Shown here in pieces: positions 1-9,398 of a DNA stretch of 64,000 nt. The stretch covers positions 2,752,001 through 2,816,000 of the forward strand of contig CAWGAA010000001.1 in NCBI GenBank assembly GCA_963820525.1, read 5' to 3'. The notes under the pieces are model-generated. The model was not told the DNA's origin. It was given only the letters and a program-made list of their open reading frames with translations, and did not search any database. Origin of the DNA: an uncultured Spirochaetota bacterium (GTDB taxonomy: Bacteria; Spirochaetota; Spirochaetia; SZUA-6; Fen-1364). Each line of letters opens with the position of its first letter. Within the stretch, counting starts at the first letter, position 1. The position numbers were made by a program, and so were the translations under genes.

Positions 1-1958
1 GCCAGGATGTTCACGATGCGAAGCCCCAGCGTTGATGGCGAGCGGATATCCAGGCCTTCAGGCATCCCGACGCCGTCGTCGCTCACGGTCAACACGATGT
101 CCTCGGGCTCGGCCCAGCTCAGGCCGATGCGCACGGTTCCCTTCCTCCCTTCGGGAAAGGCGTATTTCAGGGCATTGGAGGCGAGCTCGTTGATGACAAG
201 GCCGCAGGGCACCGCCACGTCCATGTCGAGCACGATCTGCCTCGTGTCAACTTCCACCTTCACGGAGCTGGAGCCTGCCCCGAAGGAATTGTGAAGGTGT
301 ATGGCGAGGTCGCTCACGTACTCGTCCATCGAAATCCCCATCGTATCGCCGGCCTGGTAGAGCTTTTCGTGGATGAGGCTCATCGACCGCAGGCGGCTCT
401 GGCTCTCGCGCAAGAGACCGATCGTTCGCGCGTCGTTGGAAGCGCGGGCCTGGAGGTCGAGAAGGCTGGAGATCACCTGGAGGTTGTTCTTCACCCGGTG
501 GTGGATCTCCTTCAGGAGAATCTCCTTCCTCTGGGCCTCCTTGGCTTCTTTCTCCGCCGTGATCTCCTGGATGAAGATCACGGACTCGTTCTCTCCGCTC
601 GCCACGACGCGGGCCTCGAAGGAGTGCTCGGTCCCCTCGTCCATGGACTGGAACTCGAAAACCTGCGGGGCGCCCGTGGCCGCGGATTCGCTCACGGCGC
701 TTAACATGCGCTCGACGATTCGCGGGGGGATAAAGGGGTAGACCGATGGGATGTTCTTCAGATTGATGCCGATCACTCCCTTGGGAAGCGGCCTGAAAGG
801 AGCCCGGGCGGGCCACCGGAAATCGATCAGGGTCCCGTCACCCGCCAAGCGGAAGATCATGTCGGGCACCGCCGCAAGGAGCGCTTCGTTCCTCGCCTCG
901 CTCCTTCGAAGCTCGTCCGTCGACCTCTCCAGGGCGTCGAGCATTCCGTTGATGGCCGCACCGAGATAAGCGATCTCGTCTGTGCCCGAGAGGGAGACCC
1001 GCATGGACATGGCGTTGCTCGTTCCCACGGTGAGCACGGCGGCGCTGAGCGAGTGGACGCGCGAAATGAACTCCTTCTCCAGAAACAGCATCACCACGAC
1101 CCCGTTCACGATCCCGATGAAGGCAAGGGAGAGGATGACGTAGGCCACGCCGCGCACCCCCTGCCGCTCGATGTCCCGGGGGGCCTTCACCCTGACCATC
1201 AGGCCCTTGTCCCCGCCTGCCTCTACGATCCTGGCGTAGCCGGCAACCGTTGCCGCGTCGAGCGGCTTCACGAGCACCGCGCCTTCCCCCGAGATCTGGG
1301 CTGCCGCGTCGCGGAAATCAGACGGCGTGCCCGGGGAGGAGAGATTCGCGATGGAAACCGAAAGCCGCGTCATGCGGGAAAGCCGGTCGATCTCCATGGC
1401 GTCGAGATAGCGGCCCATGACGAGCGTCCCGCGCGGAGGCATGCGGGCTTGAGTGTCGAAGATCGAGTGCGAGGCGAACAGGAGCGGCCCCTTGGCGAGA
1501 AGCGCGATCCCGCTCACCCCCGAGTTCCTTTTGGGGCTCAGCGTTTGATGGGCGGTGAGGTAGCTCACGAGGTCTGAAGGGAAAGGGAGATCTTTTCCCG
1601 TGGCCAGATCGACTGCCCGCTGATAGACGACCCGGGATGATGAGTCGATGATGAGGATCAGGTTGGCCTTGAAGTTGGTGTAGGTGTCCTCATCCGCCAG
1701 ATTCTGCTCGATGAACTGGAGGCTCCTCTCCTTGACGAAGGCGTACATCTCGTCCCACTCGGACCAGTCCTTGACCGTGGCTGCGAGGCCTTGCGCCTCG
1801 TCGTCCATGGCGCTCAAGAAGCGCGCCACATCTTTCTCCATGTAGCTTCGCTCGAGGTCCAGGTAGCTGTCGAGAATGATCAGGCGCGTTATCACCGAGA
1901 TGACGGCGAACATCCCCAGGAGTGTAAGGCTGATCACGCGGACAATTCGCTTCCTCAT
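1..1958 (-). CDS. Membrane sensor histidine kinase (CHASE4-HAMP-PAS-HisKA_2-HATPase), 3' end runs off window
   Basis: Manually translated from ATG 1958: MRKRIVRVISLTLLGMF (TM), DWSEWDEMYAF (CHASE4), second TM, HAMP, PAS, then EIHHRVKNNLQVISSLL (HisKA_2 H-box) and NELASNALKYAF. It is absent from the ORF track because there is no stop in the window. Confidence 0.9.
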   Translation of the reverse strand, partial: MRKRIVRVISLTLLGMFAVISVITRLIILDSYLDLERSYMEKDVARFLSAMDDEAQGLAATVKDWSEWDEMYAFVKERSLQFIEQNLADEDTYTNFKANLILIIDSSSRVVYQRAVDLATGKDLPFPSDLVSYLTAHQTLSPKRNSGVSGIALLAKGPLLFASHSIFDTQARMPPRGTLVMGRYLDAMEIDRLSRMTRLSVSIANLSSPGTPSDFRDAAAQISGEGAVLVKPLDAATVAGYARIVEAGGDKGLMVRVKAPRDIERQGVRGVAYVILSLAFIGIVNGVVVMLFLEKEFISRVHSLSAAVLTVGTSNAMSMRVSLSGTDEIAYLGAAINGMLDALERSTDELRRSEARNEALLAAVPDMIFRLAGDGTLIDFRWPARAPFRPLPKGVIGINLKNIPSVYPFIPPRIVERMLSAVSESAATGAPQVFEFQSMDEGTEHSFEARVVASGENESVIFIQEITAEKEAKEAQRKEILLKEIHHRVKNNLQVISSLLDLQARASNDARTIGLLRESQSRLRSMSLIHEKLYQAGDTMGISMDEYVSDLAIHLHNSFGAGSSSVKVEVDTRQIVLDMDVAVPCGLVINELASNALKYAFPEGRKGTVRIGLSWAEPEDIVLTVSDDGVGMPEGLDIRSPSTLGLRIVNIL

Positions 1959-2071
1959 GCGCCTGCCCGTGAGCCTACCCGCCGGCGCGCGAGTGAGTCA
2001 AGCGTTTTCGAAGCCCTGGTGCATCCCGCCGTGGAACGCGTACGCGCGGGCCGCTTGAGACGCGGGCGGGC

Positions 2072-4204
2072 TTACTTCGACAGAAGGACGACGAGTGAGT
2101 GCGACGGCATCGGGTAGAGGTTCTTCACGATCCTTTGCTCCCGCCCCGGGCCGAGGATGTCGGCTGGGGAGGGCAGCGACGTGTCGATGGCGCGATACCA
2201 GGCCTCCTTGCCCGGGGGGATGGTCGCGAGGGTGAACAGGACGTCCCTGCGGGAGGCGTTCGACATGATGAAAAAATCGTTGTCGTCGCGGTCCGCCGCG
2301 GTGTCCGCCTTGTTGCCGTCTATCATGAGGGCGAGGGTCCTCCGCGCGGGAAGCCAGTCCGCCGGCTCGCCGTCCTCCGTGAACCATGCGATGTCCGGCA
2401 TGCGGTTGTGGCTGGAGTCCTTGCCGCTGTAGAACTCGGGCCTGAGGAAGGCGAGGTGACGCATGCGGAACGCTATCACCTCCCGGCAGAAGCGGTGGAT
2501 ATCGCGGTGCCTTTCCAGGGAGGTCCAATCGAACCAGGAGATCCCGTTGTTCTGGCAATAGGGGTTGTTGTTGCCCTTCTGCGTGCGGCGGATCTCGTCC
2601 CCGCCCAGGAGCATGGGAGTGCCCAGGGAGAGGAGAAGGGTGGTGAGGAAGTTCTTGACCTGCCGGTTTCGCACCTCCTCCACGACGGGATTGTCCGAGG
2701 GCCCTTCGGCGCCGTAGTTGCGGCTCAGGTTGTAGTCCCAGCCGTCCCTGTTCCCTTCCCCGTTCTCCTCATTGTGCTTGCGCGCGTAGCTCACCAGGTC
2801 GTTGAGGGTGAACCCGTCGTGCGACGTGATGAAGTTGATGCTGTGGAAGGGCTTCCTGCCGTCCCTGAGGTACAGGTCGGAGCTGCCCGACAGGCGGGTG
2901 GCAAGGTGCGATACGGAGCCGGGGTCTCCCCGCCAGTATCTTCGAACATCGTCGCGGTAGCGGTCGTTCCACTCCGCCCATCGCCCGCCGGGAAAGCTTC
3001 CCACCTGGTAGGCTCCGGCCGCGTCCCACGCCTCTGCAATGATCTTCGTGTTTCGAAGCACGGGGTCCTCAGCGATACGCTCGAGGATGGGCGGGTTCTC
3101 CATGATCCGGCCGCTTGAATCCCGGCCGAGCACCGAGCCCAGGTCGAAGCGGAACCCGTCCACGTGCATCTCCACAACCCAGTAGTGCAGACAGTCCTGA
3201 ATGAGGGTCCGGACGATGGGATGGTTGCAGTTTGTCGTGTTGCCGCAGCCGGAGTAATTCTTGTAGAGCCTCTTGTCCTCGCCCAGGATGTAGTAGATCG
3301 AGTTGTCCAGCCCCCGGAAGCAGAGGGTCGGGCCCGTCTCGTCGCCCTCCGCCGTGTGGTTGAAGACGATGTCGAGGATGACCTCGATTCCCGCGCTGTG
3401 GAGCGCCTGGACCATCTCCTTGAACTCCACAACCTGCTGGCCCAGTGCTCCCGCGCTTGAATAGCGGCCCTTGGGGGCGAAGAACGAGATTGTGCTGTAT
3501 CCCCAGTAGTTCTGAAGCCTTTCACCCGTGCGCGGGTTTACGAGCTCGTTTTCCAGCTCGTCGAACTCCTGAACGGGGAGAAGCTCGACGGCGGTGATTC
3601 CCAGGTCTTTCAAGTAGGGAATCTTCTCCGCAACGCCGCGGAAGGTGCCGGGATGCCGGACGCCGGAGCTCGGATGAAGGGTGAGGCTTCGCACGTGCGT
3701 CTCGTAGATCACGCTGAATCGAAGGGGTCGGTTCAACGGCTTGTCGCCCTGCCAGTCGAACTGATCCGAGACGACGATCCCCTTGGGCATTCCCGAGACA
3801 TCTGAAGAGGTTGAGAAAGAGAGATCCCCCTCGAGGGACGAAGGGTCGAAGCCGCGGGCGTCGGCAAGGTTCCACGTGAAGTTTCCGGTCACGGCCTTCA
3901 CGTACGGATCCAGGAGAAGCTTGTTGGGGTTGAAGCGGTGGCCCTTCTCCGGCTGGTAGGGGCCGTCCACACGGTACAGGTAAAAGGTTCCCGGCCCCAC
4001 TCCTTCTACCTCGACGTGCCAGACGTCGCCTGTCTTGTTCAGCTTGGGATCGAGATTTATCTCGTATTCAGGCGCGCTATCCTGGGGATCCGAGAAGAGG
4101 AGAAGCGAAATCGCGGTTGCGTTCCTGCTGAAAACGGAGAACTGCGTGCCCCGCGGCGTGAGCGTGGCCCCGAAGGGAAGAGGTTTTCCGGCGGAGATTC
4201 GCAT
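2072..4204 (-). CDS. glgX: Glycogen debranching enzyme (GH13 isoamylase)
   Basis: NYWGYSTISFFAP, DIVFNHTAEG, VDGFRFDL, IIAEAWD, NFITSHDGFTLNDLVSY. Start trimmed to ATG 4204 (MRISAGKPLPFGA). Confidence 0.95.
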   Translation of the reverse strand: MRISAGKPLPFGATLTPRGTQFSVFSRNATAISLLLFSDPQDSAPEYEINLDPKLNKTGDVWHVEVEGVGPGTFYLYRVDGPYQPEKGHRFNPNKLLLDPYVKAVTGNFTWNLADARGFDPSSLEGDLSFSTSSDVSGMPKGIVVSDQFDWQGDKPLNRPLRFSVIYETHVRSLTLHPSSGVRHPGTFRGVAEKIPYLKDLGITAVELLPVQEFDELENELVNPRTGERLQNYWGYSTISFFAPKGRYSSAGALGQQVVEFKEMVQALHSAGIEVILDIVFNHTAEGDETGPTLCFRGLDNSIYYILGEDKRLYKNYSGCGNTTNCNHPIVRTLIQDCLHYWVVEMHVDGFRFDLGSVLGRDSSGRIMENPPILERIAEDPVLRNTKIIAEAWDAAGAYQVGSFPGGRWAEWNDRYRDDVRRYWRGDPGSVSHLATRLSGSSDLYLRDGRKPFHSINFITSHDGFTLNDLVSYARKHNEENGEGNRDGWDYNLSRNYGAEGPSDNPVVEEVRNRQVKNFLTTLLLSLGTPMLLGGDEIRRTQKGNNNPYCQNNGISWFDWTSLERHRDIHRFCREVIAFRMRHLAFLRPEFYSGKDSSHNRMPDIAWFTEDGEPADWLPARRTLALMIDGNKADTAADRDDNDFFIMSNASRRDVLFTLATIPPGKEAWYRAIDTSLPSPADILGPGREQRIVKNLYPMPSHSLVVLLSK

Positions 4205-4370
4205 ATCACGTTTGCCGATAGCTCCCCTCCCGTTGATGGAAAGTGTAAGCGCACGCTGAGAGGAGGTCAAGGTAGGGTGGTACACGAAAAGCCCGATAAA
4301 TACGTCAAAGCGCCGGCCTGCGGTGGTGGCCTGTGGACAGGGCTGAGGTGAATACAGCATTACAATTTTC

Positions 4371-4399
4371 TTGACGTTTTGGTGCTATAGTGATATAGT
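4371..4399 (+). promoter_or_regulatory. Sigma70-type promoter of the TA operon
   Basis: TTGACG (4371-4376)-N17-TATAGT (4394-4399). TATAGT is repeated at 4386-4391 (possible RHH operator), and GAGG SD precedes ATG 4419. Confidence 0.65.
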
Positions 4400-4418
4400 T
4401 ACTTTAGAGGATGACATT

Positions 4419-4652
4419 ATGACTACACAAGCGAGAAGAGCTACAGTGTATTTGGATCCCGAGTTACATAAAGCATTGCGGCTAAAAGCTGTAGAGACCT
4501 CGAAATCGGTATCAGAGCTTGTCAATGATGCAATTAGAGAAGCCCTCGCTGAAGACGCGGAGGATCTTGCGGCATTTGAAGAAAGGGCTGGAGAGCCATC
4601 GATTAGTTATGATGAAATGGTTAAACGGCTAAAGCGAGATGGCCGCATATAA
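4419..4652 (+). CDS. Ribbon-helix-helix (CopG-like) antitoxin
   Basis: RRATVYLDPELHKALRLKA...SVSELVNDAIREAL, acidic C-terminus, overlaps the downstream toxin gene. Confidence 0.85.
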   Translation: MTTQARRATVYLDPELHKALRLKAVETSKSVSELVNDAIREALAEDAEDLAAFEERAGEPSISYDEMVKRLKRDGRI

Positions 4653-4896
4653 GATCTATTTCAAAGAATCCGTTGAGAAAGACTTCGCCACCATACCAAA
4701 GAGAGACGTGAAGAAAATCCTCAAGCGAATCCATGTGCTCGCTGAAAATCCGAGGCCTTCAGGCAGTGAAAAACTGACGGGTCAAGAAAGGTATCGGTTG
4801 CGTCAGGGACGCTATCGAATTGTCTACTCGATCAAAGACGATGAGCTTTCAGTTTGGGTAGTGAAAGTGGGCCATCGCAAAGATATTTATCGTTGA
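4639..4896 (+). CDS. relE: Type II toxin, RelE/ParE family
   Basis: 85 aa basic protein with LAENPRPSGSEKL, YRLRQGRYRIVYSI and VKVGHRKDIYR. Confidence 0.9.
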   Translation: MAAYKIYFKESVEKDFATIPKRDVKKILKRIHVLAENPRPSGSEKLTGQERYRLRQGRYRIVYSIKDDELSVWVVKVGHRKDIYR

Positions 4897-5198
4897 AAGG
4901 ATCCATACCAAGGTAGCTAAAGGCGGCAGAGCCCTGCGGGGGTACCCCGTCGCTTTGGAGGGCGAAAGCCGCCCCATCGCCATTGGTCCATCGGTATGGT
5001 CGATCGGGTACTTCGAAAACAAGGATTGGCCATGAGGAATACGCGTGGGTAGCCGTAAGTATGACAGTTCATAGAGGAAAGGGAAAATAGCGCAGCGGCT
5101 TTTTCGGGTCCCGCGAAAATACCCACTCCAACCATATTCTGGCCAGAATAGGTTCCGGCAATGAGAAAATCTGTAGTCGTAACTCCTTATACCAGCGA

Positions 5199-6875
5199 TC
5201 AGTTGCCACCCCTAACGACCATTACGCCCCAAGCGTTTGTTTTTTCCGACGGTTCTCCAATGCCGAGTTGTCCAGGCCAGAAAGTATGTGCAAAGTCTGA
5301 AGAAAGACAATATGTTGTTGACGACCAGTAAAGCGCGACTTCGATGTGAATGAACCCCGCCCCGGTGAGCAAACTAATTTGATTCCATTGAACAGCATCG
5401 CAAAGGCTTTCAAGTTCGTTGACATTCGGCACGCGCCAATCATTGTGCCCCAGATAATTTTCAGCCCGCAATTTGGCGGCATAATCCAAAGCATGCTGCC
5501 AGGTTACCGCTCCGTCTCCGATAGTGCCGTCGTTGTCGAAGCTTGGATCCCGATATTTTATTAGATTTGCATCTTGCGCCCAGGTAAGGCCTGTGAGATT
5601 GTCGGTAATAGTTTCGTCCATATTATTGATAAATCTAGGAGAGGGCCACGAGATGCCTTTTTGCAGGTCACCGTCATCGCCTGACTGAGTTGTCGTCGTC
5701 TGTCCTGTTTTTGGCAGATAATTAGATTCTCCTCGGACGGGAAAAAGATATTCAGGGGTTGACTTTGAGTTGTCACGCTCTCTTCCGTTCCAGAACTCGA
5801 CCATGCAATAGCTCCCTGAATCCCCGCAGTCCGTAGATGTCTTGTAGGCGGCGCCCATGAGATCTGTAAAACCAAAGGTTTGCAGCCAGGATATGGTATC
5901 TGTGCCATAGTTTGTGAGACTATGCATTTCCCTTCTATTGGGAAGGCGCCAATCATTGTGGCCTAGATAGTTTTCAGAATTCAATTTGTCGATATAGTCA
6001 AGCGCATGGCTCCAAGTGACCGCACCATCGCCAGGAGAGCCATCCGTATCAAAGGAAGGATCGCGAGCAGCCATCAGGTTGCCATTCGGCGCCCAGATAA
6101 AGCCAGTTAGATTGTCTTGTATACTGGTATCGGCCAGTTGGGAGAATCTCGGGGCTGGCCATGCTTTTCCGTAACTGAGTTCGGCATCGTCGAACGATGC
6201 GTAGCTTATTGTCTGTCCGGTCCTTGGTATATGATACGGTGCAGTAATGAACGAATAAACAGCAGATGCCACTGATGAGTCGTTCCAGCCGCTTAAGAAG
6301 GCGATTGCCTTGAGGGTGAGGCTGGAGGAGACGGTGATCTGGGTCCCTGAAGAACAGAGCGTTCCCGCGGTTTCGCTGGGCTGAGAGCCGTCGGTAGTGT
6401 AGCGAATGGAGGCCCCGCTTGTTGCGCAGGAGATGGTCACGGTTTGAGCCGAGGTGTAGATACCACCTCCAGGGGAGAAGGTCGGGGTGGCTACCGTACC
6501 GCTTGGGTTTACTATATAACTCGCAGAAGCGACCTGAGAGTCAGTCCAGCCGCTTTGGTAGGCGATTGCCTTGAGGGTGACGCTGCCCGAGACGTTGATA
6601 ATGATTCCAGAAGAGCAAAGTGTTCCTACGGTTTCGCTGGGCTTGGTGCCATCGGTAGTGTAGCGAATAGATGCACCGCTCGTGCCGCAGGAAATGGTCA
6701 CACCAATTGCAGCCGAGGGGTAGGTTCCACCCCCAGGCGAGAAGGTCGGGGTGGCAACGATTCTGCTGGCTTCTATTTCTTTCTTTATCGATTTCAGCAT
6801 GAGAGGACCATCGCAGCTGCCAAGGATAACAAGAGCTGCAACAAGAATGAATGATATTATTCGTAAAGTTTTCAT
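5199..6875 (-). CDS. Surface lipoprotein with two Fn3-associated/CHB_HEX_C-type repeats and two DUF1566 (Lcl-C, C-type-lectin fold) domains
   Basis: Lipobox LVILGSC; two ATPTFSPGGG...IRYTTDG..P repeats; two DNLTGL/FxW...DWRL/VPN units; YWSST and VRGG C-terminus. Start at 6875 gives an ATGA overlap with the upstream gene. Confidence 0.85.
   Translation of the reverse strand: MKTLRIISFILVAALVILGSCDGPLMLKSIKKEIEASRIVATPTFSPGGGTYPSAAIGVTISCGTSGASIRYTTDGTKPSETVGTLCSSGIIINVSGSVTLKAIAYQSGWTDSQVASASYIVNPSGTVATPTFSPGGGIYTSAQTVTISCATSGASIRYTTDGSQPSETAGTLCSSGTQITVSSSLTLKAIAFLSGWNDSSVASAVYSFITAPYHIPRTGQTISYASFDDAELSYGKAWPAPRFSQLADTSIQDNLTGFIWAPNGNLMAARDPSFDTDGSPGDGAVTWSHALDYIDKLNSENYLGHNDWRLPNRREMHSLTNYGTDTISWLQTFGFTDLMGAAYKTSTDCGDSGSYCMVEFWNGRERDNSKSTPEYLFPVRGESNYLPKTGQTTTTQSGDDGDLQKGISWPSPRFINNMDETITDNLTGLTWAQDANLIKYRDPSFDNDGTIGDGAVTWQHALDYAAKLRAENYLGHNDWRVPNVNELESLCDAVQWNQISLLTGAGFIHIEVALYWSSTTYCLSSDFAHTFWPGQLGIGEPSEKTNAWGVMVVRGGN
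6255..6758 (-). repeat. Two tandem ~264-nt intragenic repeats (Fn3-associated domains)
   Basis: Clear nucleotide similarity, e.g. GCGATTGCCTTGAGGGTGA at ~6301 and ~6562 and TCGGTAGTGTAGCGAAT in both copies. Confidence 0.85.
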
Positions 6876-9055
6876 TCCGACCATACCATGACCTCCTTGG
6901 CTCCACTTATATCTGCCGCTCGCGCCGATTCCTGACCACGGAGGTCCAAGTAGGTAAATTTGCTTGCTAGATCGGCATCAATCTCTTGCAGCTTTGAGTA
7001 ATACTTATGCACAGCACCGTAATTCTCTTGGTCGTGGTTCAGCCGTGCAAGGCAAAGCAACACTATGGAATTGTCGGGGTTTATTTTATAGGCTCGCGTA
7101 TAATAATCGCCTGCCTCATCCATTTTGCCCTGCGCATAGCGTATATTGCCAAGATTTACGAGTGCCGGGCAGTATTGGCTTTTGGTTAAGATTTGCTGGA
7201 ACTGCTTTTCTGCTCGGTCATACAACCCATACTTTGCATATAGAACTCCCAGCTTATTCATCGCCCGTGGGCCGTCCTGTGTCTTTTTGATCTCAGCCTG
7301 CAACCGGGAAACGAGCTGATAGATTTCCTGATCGATGAAGTGAATCTGCTCCTCTAAAAACTGTGTCATGAATCCGCTGCTCGGTGGCACTGCCACCTGC
7401 ACGTCCTCTCCCTTGAAGAACACCGGTTCGTACACCTTCCAAGCCTCTTGTAGGGGATAAAGGTCGGCTTGGTTACGTGCGCTATTCTCAAGCCACTCCT
7501 GTGCCCCAGCTTCCCAAGCTTTCAGGAAGCCCCCCTCGATTTGGGTGATCTCCACAGGAACCCATGTCTGATCTCCGTGGAAAATCAGCTTGTCCGCGCG
7601 CGTGAACTGGTTTCGAGCATCATCGGGTTTCAAACCCAGAGAGAATGCCATGAAGATGTGCCCTGGAACGGTGATAAAAGCCGTATCTATTCCAGCCGCC
7701 TCAAGAAGCGCACAGTTCAGGATGGAAAGATCGTCGCAATCGCCACCCTTGAATGACAGTGTCTGGCGGGGGAACTGGAGGTAGTCGATTTCCGTCTTTT
7801 TCGAGGCAAAATCCGTATATGCAGATTTCGGGTCAATCACGTATGCCAGACCGTAGGCACATAATACCTCATGCATCGCCATGGCCATGCAGAAGTTGGC
7901 GTTGAGCGCTTTGCTTCCCTTCCCCTTAATGGCTGAAGCAACATTCTTTGCGAAGCTCATGACCGGCGTATCTTTGGGTGTGACAAATGGAGCAGCCTTG
8001 CGGTTGTCATCCCATGTCATGGCATTCCGATCTACGATGGTGAGACTTTCAACTTTTTTCAGCTCATGCTCGCTGCCCGCTGCTGTATAGGCCACGGTGA
8101 TCTCGGCCTGCGCCTTAGCGCGCTCGGTAACCGTGAGTATCCGATCTGAGAAAAGAGCAAAAAGATCGACGTCCTTGGATTCACCCTTTCCAATGGAATC
8201 AATAGGCTTCGCCTCTTGCTCTGCATTCATGTAGTCTTTTATGAAAAAGCTGACTCTGATGTTTTTTATTTCCGCGTTTGTGCCATTTGTCAGTTTCACG
8301 ATGCCCAATGGGTGACTGTCGTAGTACTTGAGGAAGACGGGGAATACCGGGTTGAGCTCGGTTTTCTCTATGAAGAATTCTTTGGGTGTGGCGGGCGGCT
8401 TTGGGGGTTCCACCGGCTTATTCTCAAGAGGCACCGGTTTTGCTTTCGGTTGTTCGATGACTGGGGTTGATTGTGTTTGAGGCGCCGTGGAATTTCCACC
8501 AAGACCAATCGTCATTCCTGCGGAGACACCGAGTCCAGTATAGAGCCCGATTTGATCAACGAGCGAGCTCCCCACTTCCAAAGAAAAATCGGGGGATAGG
8601 AAGAATTGCAGGTTGGCTCCACCTTTTATAAACGGGTTGCCATGTCCTTGGAAGGCTAGCGGCGGGTTGAAGAAACAGTATGTGTATCCCGCATCCGCAA
8701 AGGCGCTAAGGCCGAGAATGCGGGCAAATCGGAACTCTATGCCCACTCCAGCAGAAGCGGACGTCATAGAGATGGTTGGAGCGGCCACTGTTGTATCGTA
8801 ACCGTATTCAAGACCAATGCGCAGCGCTACAGGCCTTAGAAAGGGCAGCCTGTAGCCTCCTGCAAAAGACATGCCGCCCCCAATACCAAATACGTTGGTG
8901 CTTTCCAGAAGTGGGATGCTTATGGTCGGAGAGAGCTGCATGTAGAATGGCGCAGCTACAGGTTCTGCCGGTTGCTGAGGGCTCTCGGCGAATGAACAGA
9001 TAGTCACTGCTAATAATGCAACAATAACTGCAATCGAAGTTCTAAATTCTTTCAT
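6872..9055 (-). CDS. Exported protein: N-terminal beta-barrel-like region, Ig-like region, transglutaminase-like domain, C-terminal TPRs
   Basis: Signal peptide; amphipathic beta-strands; Pro-rich linker; GGDCDDLSIL...VPGHIF...WVPVEIT (Cys-His-Glu triad); TPR motifs NKLGVLYAKYG and NLGNIRYAQG. Confidence 0.75.
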   Translation of the reverse strand: MKEFRTSIAVIVALLAVTICSFAESPQQPAEPVAAPFYMQLSPTISIPLLESTNVFGIGGGMSFAGGYRLPFLRPVALRIGLEYGYDTTVAAPTISMTSASAGVGIEFRFARILGLSAFADAGYTYCFFNPPLAFQGHGNPFIKGGANLQFFLSPDFSLEVGSSLVDQIGLYTGLGVSAGMTIGLGGNSTAPQTQSTPVIEQPKAKPVPLENKPVEPPKPPATPKEFFIEKTELNPVFPVFLKYYDSHPLGIVKLTNGTNAEIKNIRVSFFIKDYMNAEQEAKPIDSIGKGESKDVDLFALFSDRILTVTERAKAQAEITVAYTAAGSEHELKKVESLTIVDRNAMTWDDNRKAAPFVTPKDTPVMSFAKNVASAIKGKGSKALNANFCMAMAMHEVLCAYGLAYVIDPKSAYTDFASKKTEIDYLQFPRQTLSFKGGDCDDLSILNCALLEAAGIDTAFITVPGHIFMAFSLGLKPDDARNQFTRADKLIFHGDQTWVPVEITQIEGGFLKAWEAGAQEWLENSARNQADLYPLQEAWKVYEPVFFKGEDVQVAVPPSSGFMTQFLEEQIHFIDQEIYQLVSRLQAEIKKTQDGPRAMNKLGVLYAKYGLYDRAEKQFQQILTKSQYCPALVNLGNIRYAQGKMDEAGDYYTRAYKINPDNSIVLLCLARLNHDQENYGAVHKYYSKLQEIDADLASKFTYLDLRGQESARAADISGAKEVMVWSE

Positions 9056-9285
9056 TTGAACGCCCCTTTTTTCTCTATATCTTCTATGATTTGGAATTTT
9101 GCTGAAACTTTATGATGCCAGGTTGGCCTGCTTTTTTAACACTTAGGATGCCATTTCCTTTTATAATAAATCATATCATAAAGCTTAGAAAAAAACAACT
9201 AGAGAAGCCGCTTCTAATGCACCCCTCCATGCTCAATACCGCGCCGCGCACCTATACCCGGAAAAGGGCTTCGGTCGCGGGTGTG

Positions 9286-9314
9286 TTGACACTCCTTGTA
9301 TTTCGTAGTACAAA
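9286..9314 (+). promoter_or_regulatory. Putative native gltBD promoter with overlapping inverted repeat
   Basis: TTGACA (9286-9291)-N17-TACAAA (9309-9314); TTGTA-N8-TACAA palindrome at 9296-9313. Confidence 0.45.
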
Positions 9315-9398
9315 TGTATAACTATTCCTTCGCTGCATAAATCCATTATTATTTAAGTCTCAGGTTGGCGGGCTTTGCGGCTGACTCGGAGGGACTAG

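Noticed and set aside
4920..4975. c-di-GMP-I riboswitch
   Set aside because: Only superficial GGCA...AAAGCC similarity. It lacks the GNRA/receptor arrangement and lies between convergent 3' ends.
4897..5340. Complete diversity-generating retroelement at the DUF1566 gene
   Set aside because: No template repeat resembling the gene's 3' end and no reverse transcriptase or Avd in the window.
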